Of a stretch of 64,000 nt of DNA, positions 46,802 to 60,585 are shown piece after piece. Positions within the stretch are counted from its first letter, which is position 1. Each line of letters begins with the position of its first letter. Source of the stretch: Lophium mytilinum (taxonomy: Eukaryota). A program made the translations under genes and the position numbers. The notes below the pieces were generated by a model. It did not search any database, was not told the DNA's origin, and was given only the letters and a program-made list of their open reading frames with translations. The stretch lies in assembly GCA_010093605.1 (NCBI GenBank), contig MU004188.1, positions 1,999,918-2,063,917 of the forward strand, written 5' to 3'.

Positions 46802-49800
46802 TTACTCGACCTCCTGAATCATACTCCTCCTCTGTCCACCTTCCCCATCACCAGGAACAACCGCCAGACCCCTCAACCCCCCTTCCAGCCCTTCAGACAG
46901 GCCTCCAATCCCTCCGTCCCCACCCGCCTCACTCCTCATTCCAAACCAAACGCCCCTCCTCCACGTGTCCAACTCCTCAAGCACCACCCCTACATGCCCC
47001 TTGACCAACTCATCCTCATCATCAGCCCCCACACGCTTCAGCACTCCCTCCACCTCCGCCCACTTCTCCGCAGCTAACCCTACTCCACCATCCCGAGGGT
47101 TACCCACATCATCCAGCCCCTTCAACACCCCTAACACAACCAACACCGCCGCCCTTCTCAACATCGCCCGCTCCACCCCACTCTCAATAACGAGACACCC
47201 AAGCACGATCTCGACAGCTTTATCCACCTCTTCTTGCGTGAACCTCTCCCATCGTTCTTCAAACGCTTTCCCGAGCACCGCGAGCGCGGACGCGCGGATC
47301 CGGATGTCTTCTTCCACGCCGGTGTCTTGCCACCCAGCGACGATGCGGGCGTTGAGCTCCTCGTCTGCGGTTTCTGACGCGGATGCCGGTCGTTCGAGCG
47401 AAAGAGATGACAGGGACGGGATATCGCCGCCCCATGCCTCCGAGGCTTTGCGGTGGCTACGAGCTTGCGCGGCGGCTAACTCGGTGCGTGCGGCGAGGGT
47501 GTCGGGGCGAAGCGGTCCGCGGCGGGACGCGAGCGTGAGGCTGACGGTGATGATGGCTTGGAGGGCGCGGGTGGCGTCCGGGGTGGGGTGAGTCCAGATG
47601 GAAGGGGCGGACAGGAGTTCGGAGAGGGTTTCGGCGATGCGGAGGCGGAGGTCGAGGCTTGTGGTGATTTTAGTGGTTTCGGGGTCGTCGACTGCGGGGT
47701 GATTGGTTTGAGAAGAGGGGGTAGTTCGCAGGGTTGATTCGTCTTCGTCGAGGAAGGTGGTGGTGAGAATTTCGGTGACGAGAGCGGGGTGGAGGGCTGC
47801 GAGGGCGATGAGGGGCGGGATGGCGGCGGTGTGGACGAAGGAGTCGGGGTGGGAGAGGGAGAGGGAGATGATGGTTTGGGTGGTGGAGGGGATGTCGATG
47901 ATCGAGGAGGTGTCTGCGGAGGATGCTAGGGTTTTGATGGTGAAGAGGGCGTGGGCACATATCGGTGGCTCGCTAGATTGGAGGTCGGAGAGAGCTGTTT
48001 TGAGAGTAGAGCGGAAGTGTGCTAGAGGGTCTGTGAAAGGTGATACGCTTGTCTGCGCGGAGGATAGGATGGAAAGGAGATTCTTGGCTGCGTTATTAAT
48101 TGCTGCAGTGGTTTTAATCTGATCCTCTCGAGGTCCCCTAGATGGTGTAAAACCAATGTACGGAGCTGCGTTACGACTTGCAGAAGTCGAATCGACGTCA
48201 GCCCCTTGAGGTCCTTCTGGCGATAGCAAAGCAAGGTAGGTAGCGACACTTGCTACGATTGCATCGATTTCCACGGTCCGCTTGAAGTCAGGATCGCTGA
48301 TCAAAGTTTCGAGGATGCTTAACGAGAAAAGGATCACAGTTTCTTCCTCGGAATTGGTGGTAGAAGTCTCGGTACGTGGTCCTTCTTGAACTATTTTTCC
48401 GAGACTCGCATACATTGATGTTTCCCTCTCTTTATCGCGCATTCTTTTTGCTCTCTTACCTTCAACGAACTCTCCAAGCAGCGTCCTTGCTAGCTGAATA
48501 GCATGTTCTGGGTGAGCTTCGAACTTGGGAGTCAGCTTTCGAGCCATAGCTTCACAGAGCGTAGCATTCAACAACTTCTCCAGCGGGTCTACTTCGACGT
48601 CGTTGGTGAGGCTGGGGGTAGTAGGTGCAGATGAGAGCCACCTTTTCATTGCAATTTGAAAGACGGCGATGCCCACGGTACTCGCTTGCAGAAGCTCCAC
48701 GAAAGTTGATACTCGTGCTTTGAGATCCTCCAGTCGTGCTAGTAAGTTATCCAGATTGCTCTTTCCTCGGGCTCGTCGACGGATTTCAATGCCACCTTCG
48801 CTTCCTGGCCCGTACGTCCACGCCGGCTCACCGTCGTAAAGCAAATTGGACGCAACACTATCGATACGGTCCGGTGATTCTGCGATATGAAAGTAGTGTA
48901 GCAAAATGGAGCGTATCGTATCCTGCCATATTCGTCCAGATATCTGCCGACTCTTGGCATAGTTCAGCAGTCCCCAGAGTTGGAGTATGATAGGACTTAT
49001 GAGCCGTTTTGCAAGACCTGAATGAGGATGCGAGGTTGTAACAATGTCCAAACTCTTGACGGCTTGTAGAAGAACGTGGTCTGAAACCAGGACACCCCTG
49101 GGTGAAGCTTCCACAAACTTAGGATTGAAAGCATCCAACAAAGGCTGCGCGAAAAGTTCCCATCCAATGGTGTCCGGAGGGCCTAGTGATTTTCGACTGA
49201 GGATATCAGCAATGATTTGTCCAGCCGCTTTGCTCATCTCAGGACCAACTTCTTCGTGAAGAAGATCCCATAGCCGAGGTGCTACTTTACGCAACCGCTC
49301 GTCTCGGGTTGCGGGAGGTGGGGGATTCAGGATAATGAGCTTGGTCACCTGCGTGACGGCTTCCTGTGCGATCGCGGTTTCGGAGCCCGCCGAATCTGAG
49401 AGGAGCCTCAGCAGTTGCTGTACGCCATGAGGTCGTAAAGGGATGAGCGAAAGACTTTGCGAGAGGGCCTGTTTCAGCCATGGGGGACCAGTATTGATGA
49501 TGAGGAGCAACGGGACGATTTCACTAGCTGGCGTTCTAGCAGAAATTAGCCTAGTGGCTGAGAGAGAGACACAATAAAAGGATCGCCATCGGCTGTTCTC
49601 TATCCTGCCACTGCTTGTATACTTCTATTTGTAACTGCTGGAGCTAGCTCGACAAGTACAGCTATTGACCTAGCGGTGACCTTTAGATTTCTTGCGATGT
49701 GATGAGACTTCTCAACAAAGTGTGACCGGCGAGTACGCGGATCTTTAAGCAAAAGCTGAAATGTGGAAACATACCCTTCCATGAGTACTTCATACCGAGT

Positions 49801-50374
49801 GATGGATTGAGAATGCACTGTTTCGCTGACGTGTGGCGCAAAAGCCAGCTCTGCTGCTCCAAGAACGATATCAACCAGTGAACGTTCTGTTATAAGCGGA
49901 TTGATTCCCGAAATACGATCTGAGAGTACTGAGGATAACCTCCCTATCACCTCCGCAAGTAGAGGAATGTCTTTTGAGAGCGTTGACGGGATTTGTATTA
50001 ACACGGACTGTGGCCGACGAAACGCTCTGACGCTCGCATCAACGGATGGTATGATCCCTACAAGAACTACAAGGTCGATGAGTCCATAGACCATTGCCAC
50101 GAGAGTCCCATCGTAATCACGGCGGGAGCTTGCCCGGTCGGCGTCATGAATCGCTTGAAGATGTAGAAGCGCGTCTCGGACCAGGCTTGATCTGTTGTAT
50201 CCTCCTGGTCTATCGAGAGTTTCGACCGACTGATCCCGCTTTTGTGTGAGATTGCCCTCTTGAGGAAATGTTAGCAGATTCCTGTAGGCGTGTCTTCCAG
50301 CATTGAATACCATCTTTCAGAAACGGACTTATGAAGCCCGCTGCACGCTTGACGGTATCTTCGAGAGTGCTCAT
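46802..50374 (-). CDS. RTP1: RTP1/TANGO6-like HEAT/ARM protein (nuclear import of RNA polymerase II)
   Basis: LSLIPLRPHGV, GWELFAQP, GPGSEGGIEIRRR, HPDSFVHTAAI, GWQDTGVEEDIRIRASAL, MLRRAAV. Upstream exons are in ORFs 49600-50313 and 50210-50458. Confidence 0.75.
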
Positions 50375-53300
50375 GATGGCGTTTTGGAACTTCAAGATGA
50401 TGGATGAGGCATCGCAGGAGGCAAGAGATGGAAACAAGAAGAATATGTGATCGGTCACGTGGAGCGCGATTGAAAGCGCGATTCGGCCTTCCCGGATCGG
50501 GGACTAGCGCCTGGCCCAAGCTCCCTCGTACCTTAAACGCGTTCCCCAACCTCGTCGACATTTCTCTCCACCACCAAACCCTCATTATCGACGACGGCCC
50601 CAATTGCACTCGTTATTTGCTTCAACCCCCCCTCCAGACTGGATCTTCCCATAGACTCCTCTGCTCGCGAATATCTGACGACGTTCGACAACGGCGGGTC
50701 CGCAATGCACCTCGAAGCTCTCTCTGTCCGCCCTTCTCTCGCCCTCGGGCACACACAATTCACGCATCTCCCTCTCTCTATAGCATGCCGATGTCTGTCT
50801 TCCGAGGCTTCGGCCAAGGAATCGTAACAGCTCTCTGCGTTCGCTTGCCTTCGTACCAGGAACACACACCCGAGCCTCGCAGCATGGTCTCAGTGGGTCG
50901 TTAGATGTGATGGGTACTTGGGCTGCGGTGGCAACACCGTATCCGGCGGCGTGGGGAGGACAGGCTCGGATCTTAACCCTAATCATCTTTCGGTATTCTC
51001 CCACGAGAAGTAGTCACGCGGTTATGTTGCCGACCTCATGACTACCTGTCGCTGCGAGCGGATGCAAGTCCGTGAGTGGCTGCAGTTAAAGTGAACGTCG
51101 TGGTTCGTGCCACTTTACACATGCGCCTGGTTGGGTATTAAAGTCCTCATGCGAGGACCGCGTCGGGTATCTTGGTTGAACAACAGACTCTGGTCAATGG
51201 ACGTTTTAGTGGTTGTCTTGGACGGCTCAGCATGGGGGAGATCCAGGTGGGAGGTGTCGGGCCTGCGAAGTCTTTTGGTTTCACTGTACCAGAGCTTTCC
51301 TTCCTCGTACTGCGATCTGACGCTGTTTGCCATTCGCCTGCATGTCGAGTTCCAAATTTGTATGTTTCGTTCAGCCGTCACACAGCACCTTCAATGGTGT
51401 CTTTTCTGACCTCTCTCACAACAAGACGCCCCAGCTGACCGATACCGAGCACGGATGTATACTGCCTCGCACACAGACCACTCCATTCTGCAATCCTTCC
51501 GAGATCCACTCGTCGGAAAGGTGTCTTTGGCACCCAGCGAGGTTTCGGATTGGTCGTAGATGGTGGAGGTACTTTACATATTGGCTTTTCCGTCACGCTC
51601 CAGCTGAGGTCTTGTGTGGCACTTGTTGTTGGGAGAAAAAGGAATCGGTGGCGTGCTGGGAGACTCATTTGCCGCATCACAATGGGCACATTCTGGACTT
51701 GATCCCAGGAAGGCTTCGGCTGCGTTTCGCATGTTACAGGCTGGACTTTGGGTTTATGTGAACGACCAGTACATCTCCCCTACACGCGATCTAGTTTACT
51801 AGACTTGCAAACCTGTCTCCAACCTCCATCCTGCCATCCAATCGACGCCGCAAAACCTTTGCTACGGCACCCTCCACTCAGCATTGTCGCCTCTACGGCG
51901 TGTCTGACCAGTCGCGTTAATCGTCTCCTTGTACGTTCAGCTTACAAGTCGATTGACGAGCGCCGACTTATATCTGCGCGACCTTTCCGGTCGTTAGCGG
52001 ATGCCTACCTCCAGCATGGAGATGGTGCGGCTTTTGAGGATGTACTTTGGCCGTTTCACAATGCCCTCCAATCACGGAGCGGAATCAAAGACTAGTCTCA
52101 GAGAGGAATGCCAATACACACAGAGAAGACCCTGGCTTGCCAGGTTTGGACATTGAGAGCGGAGAGATGCATTCGCGGTATCTGCTGGCACGAATGAGGA
52201 CTTCGCTGCGCAAGGGAAAGATGTGAAGAGAAGAAGGTCTGGAGGTCCGGAATTCGTGAGTATCAAGTCTGGTGTCGTTGTTTAGAGTTTTCTTCTTGAT
52301 CCTGGAGTCTTGCTGCTACCTGCTTTCAGCTACCACATTGCCGCTTCTCTGAGGCACCACTAACGATATGCACAAGTTGCATGAGCGTCGTCAGGCTGGT
52401 CATCCGTCCCAGCTTCAGGTGCTGACTTCGTCGGGTCTGGGTGAAGAGCGGTAGGACCAATGAATGACGGTGGTGGGACCTCTCCCCAGGGTGTCAAGGT
52501 TACGTACCTGTCTACTGCTTGTCGTTCACCTGCTGTATCCGAGTCTACCCCGACTGGGTCTTCATCGCGTGTTAGTCTGGGTACCTTGTCGGCTTGTCGT
52601 GTTAGTCCGGGTTTCCCGGCGTCGAAGACGTCTCACGCGTCTTGTTCTATGCGCTTGCCCGGGGTATGCAGCGTGTGGTGTGCTGGTGTGGGGACGTGGT
52701 GGGTGTGTCTAGGCTGCGGAGGGGCTTTGGTAGTGAGTGGTGGTGGTCTGGCGGCCTGGGGAGGGTAAGACTGGGAGGAGGCCGAGGAGGCCTGACCGTC
52801 CTTCGGGGCGGTCTATGAATTTCTTTATAAGTGTTCCCATCCTGACTGGAAAGATACCGCTAATTTTGACTAGGTTTGGGGTGGCATGTCTATACAGCGA
52901 GGACGTGTGCACTCGGAGTTGATAGCTTAGGGCTACGCTCCTAGTAAAGTTTTCAGTCAGCTCAAGTACGTTTCATTTGCATCACCTCTCTCTTTGCCTT
53001 CAATGATGATTCTTTTTGTACTATTTTCGACTAACGAGTCTCACTCGTATGATGAAACTTAAAATTCTGAGATTGGCGATCCAAGCACTGTCATATATAT
53101 ATCTTCATCTTGTGTAGAAGCTGATACCCATTAGGAGTACTAAGATTGGACCGTGGTGCCTACGTCTTTGACCATACACCCTCAATAAAAAGCGCGAGCG
53201 TTAGCTCGTATCGCATTCCACGAAGCCTACAGAGCGGTTCACCTCTAATGTAAGTGCCGATCAACCTTTCCTATATTCTCCGATGATGAATTTTCGTGTC

Positions 53301-53908
53301 AAACCCCAACATACTCAGCCTGGCATACTCAACATGTGGTCAACCATGCACAGCTACAACGGAAGATACACAGACCTTTACTGTTACTCTCTCTTGACAA
53401 GGTGCCTGAGGTCTGCAGTGAACCGATCATGTGTCCCTCTTCCACCGTACGCTATGTTTACTGTGGTGCGGCCATGCTGCCTGGAACCCTCCTGTACTAG
53501 TCGTTCATGGTTCCACCCCATGCCGGCCGGGAGGTAACATACAGAGCGCCTGTGTGCATAGCTGGTGTGTTTGGTCTTGTGCCTTGAGGGGGCGCTTTGT
53601 GAATGTTTGGGACGCCAAACGCACCTGGATCATAACAGGCAAGTGCTACGCACTATCACTTGGTTTCCTTTCGGGCTCGAGTATGGCGTTGACCTTCCAA
53701 ACGGAAACTTCTGAGATTAGCAACTCCTTTCAATTCCACAGACTGTATCTCTAGATGCTCGCTAACTTGGAAGAATGCGAACAGGCCTCACGCATCCCCA
53801 AGAACCGCTAGGACGACAACCTCCCGCGACGACCGAACACAAGTAACTCCCTCAATCCCACCTCCCCTCCCCAACCTCTAAACATGACCACCACCACCCC
53901 CAAAACAA

Positions 53909-54346
53909 TCAACCCCTCCCCCCATTATAATCCGCGCCCCCCGCCTTCCGACACCTCACCACCACATCCCCTTCGACCAAATCCCCCTTATCCCCCGCAT
54001 TAATCTGCACGCTATAATGCCGCAGCACCTTCTTCACCTCGCCGCTCTGGAACCCCACCTTCGCCTTCCGCATTACGCGCGTGTTCTCCCCGATCCAGAT
54101 GACCAGCGCGAACTTCACGCGCGTGGATTCCGAGTCGTTGGCGTACTCGACGCGGATGTAGGCGTACTGCGCTTGGTCGTCGAGGAGGTGGGTCTTGAGG
54201 TCTTCGATGCCGCCCGTGCCGGTTGCGGTGAGGGTTAGGGTATCGGAGTTCGGGGAGGCGTAGGAGAGGAGGAGCCAGTTTTCGGGAGAGGTTTCGGAAC
54301 GGATGGAGGCGTAGGCGGCGAGGATTTCGGGGGTGTCGATGTTCAT
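53909..54346 (-). CDS. Coactosin-like ADF-H/cofilin-domain actin-binding protein
   Basis: AYASIRSE...WLLLSY, QAQYAYIRVEYANDSESTRVKFALVIWIGE, KAGGADY. Confidence 0.9.
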   Translation of the reverse strand: MNIDTPEILAAYASIRSETSPENWLLLSYASPNSDTLTLTATGTGGIEDLKTHLLDDQAQYAYIRVEYANDSESTRVKFALVIWIGENTRVMRKAKVGFQSGEVKKVLRHYSVQINAGDKGDLVEGDVVVRCRKAGGADYNGGRG

Positions 54347-54638
54347 AGTTGGTTTCGAGAGGGGAAAGGAAGAGAGGGGGGGATATCAGAGGTTAGAGGG
54401 GAGGATTTGGGGAGAGAGATGGAATGAGGGTTTAGGGTTGCAATTGGGGTGTCTATTTGTATATGGAGGGTGTACTTGGTTTGGGGGAGGGAGGGATGGA
54501 GGGGCTGAGGATGTTCGAGGGGATCGGCGGTGAGGCCGGACCCTGGTTTGATGCAGCTAGCTAGATAGGGGAAGCGTGCACGTGATGTTGAACTTCACTG
54601 GTTTGCACGTCTGCGTGGGCGTTTCAACACCTGGCAAT

Positions 54639-55073
54639 CCCATAGAAAGTCACCGTTTTTATGCCTTTTTAAAGCACCCAGTCTAGCCTTGCATTAGCGC
54701 ATATCCAGTGTCGCCGCTTATAAGGGGCCCCCTACAAAATCAAGACCTCTAACATGCTAACGCTAAATGCATAATTATGCATATTATAAAACTATAGAAG
54801 ATTATATCTCTACTATTAAAAACTTCTAAGAACCTTATAGAAGTAGAAATTATAGTGTTTCTTATTAATTTACGCCTAATCCGCTTTTAATCACATTATA
54901 TTTAAGCCCTATTTAGATTTTTAAAGTTTATAGTATCTTAACTATAGCTTTCTAGGTTAGCATGGGCAGTAGATGGTGCTCGTTTAGCGTTAGACGCTAG
55001 GAAACCGAGCTACATTACATTAGGTCTACGGCGTACGCGCACGAGCCGACGCTAGTAGGTGACTTTCTATGGG
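54639..55073. mobile_element. 435-bp TIR element (family C), copy 1
   Basis: AT|cccatagaaagtcacc ... ggtgactttctatggg|AT: perfect 16-bp TIR. Confidence 0.85.
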
Positions 55074-55075
55074 AT

Positions 55076-55511
55076 CCCTTTAGGAGTTACCGTTTTTTAT
55101 ACCTTTTTAAAGCACCCAGTCTAGCCTTACATTAGCGCGTGTCCGTTATTACTATTTATAAGGGGCCCCCTGTAAAATTAAGACCTCTAATATACTAACA
55201 CTAAATATATAATTATATATATTATAAAACTATAGAAGATTATATTTCTACTATTAAAACCTTCTAAAAAGCTTGTAAAAGTAGAAATTATAGTCTTTCT
55301 TACTAATTTGCGCTTAATCTGCTTTTAATTATATTATATTTAAGCTCTATTTAGAATTTTAAAGTTTATAGTATCTTAACTATAGCTTTCTAAGGCAGCA
55401 TAGGCAGCAGATGGTGCGCGTTTAGCGTTAGACGCTAGGAAGCCAAGCTACATCACATCAGGTCTACGGCGTACGCGCACGAGCCGACGCTAGCAGCTGA
55501 CTCTCTATGGG
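55076..55511. mobile_element. 436-bp TIR element (family C), tandem copy 2, more heavily RIP-mutated
   Basis: Direct copy of 54639-55073, differing mostly by C>T/G>A. Ends gctgactctctatggg|AT. Confidence 0.85.
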
Positions 55512-55768
55512 ATAGGAGTGGTTGAAGGAAGGGAAGGCTTGAAACACAACGTCATCTGCTACGCGCGCTTTAACAACTACCTTCTTCAAGCATATCTCCT
55601 ACTCCCCTGCTCGAGCTTCCTTCAACTTTCCTACCCTAGAGCTACTACTAGACCATGTCCATTCATTGCGCACCGTCATCTCCCAGCAAACGCTCAGGTT
55701 GCTATTTTGCTGACCTCGTCGTCTCTCTCCCCTATAACCTCCCCCTGGAACCACTGCAGAACCCTGAA

Positions 55769-56344
55769 ATGTCCCCCGTGCCCCTCGTAGACCGCACGAC
55801 CGAGATCACCTTCTACAACCACCTCGCCTCCCCCCGCACCTCCTCCTTCCTCTCCTCTGCCGCCGCCTTTTCCCCGCTCTACCGGCAGGAAGCGTTCAAA
55901 TGCGTGGATGCAGAGGGCAGGGTCGAGGCGTGGACGTTCGCTGCGAACGTTTGGGTCCCAATCCCAGATCCAGATCTCGATGCGTTGGTGTTGGGGGAGT
56001 GGGCGGGGATCGTGACGCTTGTGGCGCCGGCGGGTAAAGATGAGACGTGGGAGATTAAGTTGTTGTATGTGATACCGCATGCGAGGAATAAAGGGGTTGG
56101 GACGAGGTTGTTGGAGGCGGCGGTGGGGTATGGGGTGCGTCAGAGTAGAGCGCGGGGGATGGGGAGGGTAGGGTTTCGGATTGTGGTCGCGTGCGGAATG
56201 GGGGTTATGGGGTGGTATGAGAGGCTGGGGTGGAGGGTTGGGAGGGTGGACGGGGCGATGGTGGAGATGGAGAGGTGGGTTGGTGGAGTAGAGAGACCAT
56301 TAAGAAGCGAAGATGAGGTGGGTTTGAGAGAGATAAAGGGATAG
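55769..56344 (+). CDS. GNAT-family N-acetyltransferase
   Basis: GEWAGIVTLV, WEIKLLYVIPHARNKGVGTRLL, WYERLGW. The start could instead be 55655. Confidence 0.75.
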   Translation: MSPVPLVDRTTEITFYNHLASPRTSSFLSSAAAFSPLYRQEAFKCVDAEGRVEAWTFAANVWVPIPDPDLDALVLGEWAGIVTLVAPAGKDETWEIKLLYVIPHARNKGVGTRLLEAAVGYGVRQSRARGMGRVGFRIVVACGMGVMGWYERLGWRVGRVDGAMVEMERWVGGVERPLRSEDEVGLREIKG

Positions 56345-56483
56345 GTATTGCGATATACACGCCTTCATGGCTTTGAATCGCCCAGCGCAAAATGCCAGCC
56401 CGATACATACGCGCCTGAAATGCTCCGTGAACTCCTAACGTCCAACCCGGAACGCCCTCCCCCGCATTGCCTTCGCCTCCTCT

Positions 56484-57313
56484 TTACTTCAAAATAACGA
56501 TTAACAGCACCAATATGATGATCAACACCACAATCACCGTCAAGCTCCAATTCTCCCGCGCCTTCCTCGACACCCTCTCCAACCTTCCCCTCGCTCTCCG
56601 AAACTGCCCCACGTGCCTATCCACCCCCTCATCCACCTCATCCAACAACAACGCCTGCCCGTCCAACTCGTCCCCAATATGCATGCTCAACTCCCGCTGC
56701 CGCCCAATGCTCTGCCCCAGCCGATCCAGTTGCTCGTCCTGCTCGTTCAGCACCTGACTATGATACGCGTGGATCTGCTGGTTGTCCATGCCGCCCTGGT
56801 CCGGCCCGGCGGCAGCCTTCGGGTTGTCGCGGTAGGGGAACAGGGCGGCGCGGGCGGGGTCGACGTCGGTGGAGTGCTGAGCGGCGGAGGGGTCGTCGGT
56901 GAAGCGGACGGATTTCGAGGGGCGGGATTGCGAGGCGGTGAAGTCGGCGCTTAGAGAGGGGTTGTTCGGGTGGGTTATTGTCGGGGAGGTGACGGCGCCG
57001 TTGGAGGCGAAGGAGGTGGTGAGGTCGGTGACTTGGGTGCGCAGGCGGGAGAGGTCGGCGGAGAGGGAGCTGGGGCGTGTTAGCTTTGGGGGGTCTGACG
57101 GCGCAGTTGGTGGGGCTGGACGTACTCGTCTGGTGTGGACTCGAGTTGTGTTTCTAGGGCCTCGATTCCCGAGCGCAACGAGTCGAGGGAGCGGGAGATC
57201 TGGCCATCTTGCGAGTTTGGGGAGAGGTTTAGCTGGATGGCTCGTTGGCGTTCTAGGAGGGAGAGCTTGATGTGGTCCGCTAAGAGGAAGAGCTGCGAGG
57301 GGTTCGTGGACAT
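56484..57313 (-). CDS. SYN8: Syntaxin-8-like Qc-SNARE
   Basis: MSTNPSQLFLLADHIKLSLLERQRA, intron 57070-57125, SNARE motif EQDEQLDRLGQSIGRQRELSMHIGDELD, C-terminal TM helix. Confidence 0.9.
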
Positions 57314-58224
57314 GGCTGTGGTGTGCCTAGAGCTATGGTTGAAGGTAAGGTTTCCGTGAGCCGGAGCGGAGTGCGGAGTCGAGGTTCGAGAATAGTTGGA
57401 AGCAAGCGTACAGAAGCACAAAGGAGACGAATTAGACGCAAGGAGAAGGTCCCGGGAGAATATACAGAGAACAGAGAGGGCGGTCTGGCGTGGGCGTCTA
57501 TATTTGGTGAATCTGATTCGAGACTACGGATGGCTGAAGTTGGTTGCGTAACGGTCTACAGAATGCATCATGTGACCTGGTATTAGCGCTTAGCTTAGTC
57601 ACATGAATTAAATCCCCACCATGTGTTACAAAAGTCGGATCGGGTGATCTGTGCATCTTGGTGACTTCTTCCCATCTTCACTTCTCGGCTTCGAGCGGCT
57701 TGAAAGGCTTCCTACGGCTGACCAAATGACTGAGGTACCTCGCATGCCATTGGCCACCATCAATATCAACCTTCTGTTTACAGGCCTATTCCTGGAGATT
57801 TAAGGTTAACCTTAAGCATTCGGAAGGAGCATCCACGTGGAAATAAGCAACTCACTCAACACTTCCGTGGAGCAGACCGATATCGGTGTTATTTGTTGTT
57901 TCAGCCCCTAAAACATTCCTCAACTCCAAACCACAAGTCTCACACCACTCGGTACCACCAAAAGTTGATATATTCCAGCGCCCCACCAGCTGAGTCACAG
58001 TACGCGTTTATTACCGTGGAGCCTCGGCGCAGGGGTACAGCTGGCATACCTGTGCCTGGTGTTTGACGTTGAACAACAATTCAAGCAATCCTCGCCATAG
58101 CCGACAACACCCACCCATAGCTACTGCCAGCTATGCCCTCTCCTGACCTTTCTTGTCCCAGCTTATAATAACTCGTCGACTGCCGCCCACCGCCTCCAGA
58201 CAACATCGTTTGGCCACCACCACA

Positions 58225-59813
58225 ATGTCATCGACCCCTCTGCCCAACGACCGTCGCTCGCGGGCATCCAGCAGAGCTGATGCGCTGCCTGTCAGCACCC
58301 CCCCTCTGCCAGTCTCGACTGGTCCGGCTGTCGTTTTCGACTCGTCCGATTTTGTGGTCGGTGGCCCGCCTTGTTCCCCTTCTCCTCTTGCTCTCAGAGC
58401 CTCGCACTCACCATCCTCGAAGCGCCGGAAGAGCCTCCGCACCCAGGCACCGCTGGACATACGCCTCCTTGAGTATGTCCCCAAGTGTGACAGCAACCTG
58501 GTGTGCCTCATCTGCCAATGCCCCTTCGACATACCCACCATGCTCGCCTGCGACCACGTCTTCTGTCGCGAGTGCTTAGACCATGCATTCCGGGTCCAGG
58601 ACGGCTCGAAGCGCTGTCCTACCTGCCGCACCCACGTCGACCTCAAGAAAGAGCCCATCCCCGTTCCTCGAATTCTGTTCTCGATGCTGGAAGACTTGAT
58701 GGTCAAATGCCCGAACACCAAGGCCGGTTGCACGTGGTTGAACAAGCGGGATGGCGTGCAGAATCATGTCGATCTGTACTGTGGATTCTCCACTGTGGAG
58801 TGCCCTGCCGGAGATTGCCGGTTCAGTGTCTTGCAAAAGGACTTCCACAAGGGTTGTCTTCATTACACCGTTAGCTGCGAGCTCTGCTACACGTCCATCA
58901 TGAAGAAGGATCTTGAGGTATGACGATTCCCGTACCCCGTGCTGATGGTAGCTAATCTCAACAGGAACACCAACGCACCACCTGTGCGCAGCGAATGATC
59001 CAGTGCCCGCACTGCGAAGTGGAAATGCTACGTCTAGACCTCAAAGCCCATATCAAGGACGTCTGCCAATTTGCTCCAACTGCCTGCCCCGGTGCCATCG
59101 TGGGTTGCGGCCACACCTGTGATCGCCGATTCGTGCCTGACCACGCCAAAACCTGCTCAATGGCCACAATGGCCCCCTTCTTCCACGCCCAGAAGACCCG
59201 CCTCGACGAGCAGGAAGCCGCGCAGAAGCTCCTCCAACGCAAAGTCGACATCCTTGAAGGCGGCTTCGCCAACATCAGCAACATCGTCTACCCCACAAAC
59301 GCCTCCGACGACTCCTCCTTCCCCGTCACCAACCCTCTGGACCCCAACGCGGCCGACTCATTACCGGAAACTCCCGATTTCCGCCTTCCCCCAGCGTCGT
59401 TCCCTCCCCCCGCCGCCTCTACAAACAACCCCCCTCCACCGCCCTTCGACAGCTCTACCCACCACCTCCTCTCCCTGCACGAGTCGCTCCGCGACGAGGT
59501 CGGCCGCATCGCCAACGACCTCGCGTCCGTCGAGGGCCGCACCCACCTGCTCATCCTGAACGAGAACCAGCGCGCGAAAGAGGAGATGCTGCACGCCAGC
59601 GCCGCCATCAACAGCCTCCGCACGCAGGTCCACTGGCTCTTGAGCGCGCGGTTGCAGCAGGGCAGAGCGTCCGCATCCGGCGGAGGTGGTGCCTCGGCCA
59701 GCGCGGGCGGGAGCGGGAGCGCTAGCGTGCCGGCGGGGAGCAGTCTGGGGTCGGCGAGCTTGGGCCCGCTGCGCCGGCTCAGCGACTCGAATCGGCAGGA
59801 TACGAAACTGTGA
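58225..59813 (+). CDS. TRAF-like RING/TRAF zinc-finger protein (probable E3 ligase)
   Basis: C3HC4 RING (CLICQCP..CDHVFCREC..CPTCR), VKCPN..GC TRAF zinc fingers, intron ~58918-58964, C-terminal coiled coil. Confidence 0.88.
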
Positions 59814-59853
59814 TCTCAGGTCCCGCATCACTCATCATAGGTTATTAAGAAGC

Positions 59854-59885
59854 GGCATCGGCATCAGCATCAGCATCAGCATCAG
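59854..59885. repeat. (GCATCA)n microsatellite
   Basis: gcatcggcatcagcatcagcatcagcatcag. Confidence 0.7.
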
Positions 59886-60585
59886 GAAAAGAGAGATACA
59901 CGATTGAATCAAAACGGGCGGTCGGTTGGAGGGGGTTTGCATGGCATGCATCACGGAAAAGATCCAGCGACTGGATTACGATATACTTACGACGGACAGT
60001 TATGAATATGACAAACACACACACGACAAAAAAGGAACGGGGTTTCTTGGTGACGGCTGGCTCGATTCTCAAGCTCTGCGAGCATTGGCGGATGGATCTG
60101 GCATCATGGGCAACCGTCTTCGTCGACGAAGAACATTAAAAGTGCGGGTTTTTGGAGTTTTTTGCGGTTTTGATAGACCGGGTTTTGGGGCGTTTTCGGT
60201 ACTTTTCGGCGTTTTGGAGATGGTTATGGCATGGGACTGGTGATGAGGCTTGCGAAAGCCGTCCGTGGTGGTGAAGAGGCTGGGAAATGGGACTGGGACA
60301 CGGCGTTCGTAACATAAATACCCAATAGTGCTAACGCAGTGCTGAAGCCGGATATCAAGGGCGTTTCTAGCGAGAGATTTGGGGCTGGGGACCATGCGGC
60401 ATGGTTGCTTGCGAATAGGAAAAGTTTTTGGTGATGAAGATGGGGGTGGTGGGGTAGATAGGATAGGATTATCGATATGGTTTAGCTTCACTTGGGTGGG
60501 TTTGAGTTGTGAAACGTGTGGATGAGCGAATGACTTGTAGAGGACGTGTTTGTTTTCGAATGAGGACTGATTCGATCCGTTGTAG

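Noticed and set aside
50500..53800. Cluster of short ORFs, possible degraded gene
   Set aside because: No recognisable domain, and no consistent spliced model could be built by eye.
59802..59813. Peroxisomal PTS1 on the TRAF-like protein (ends -TKL)
   Set aside because: Non-canonical tripeptide with no other support.
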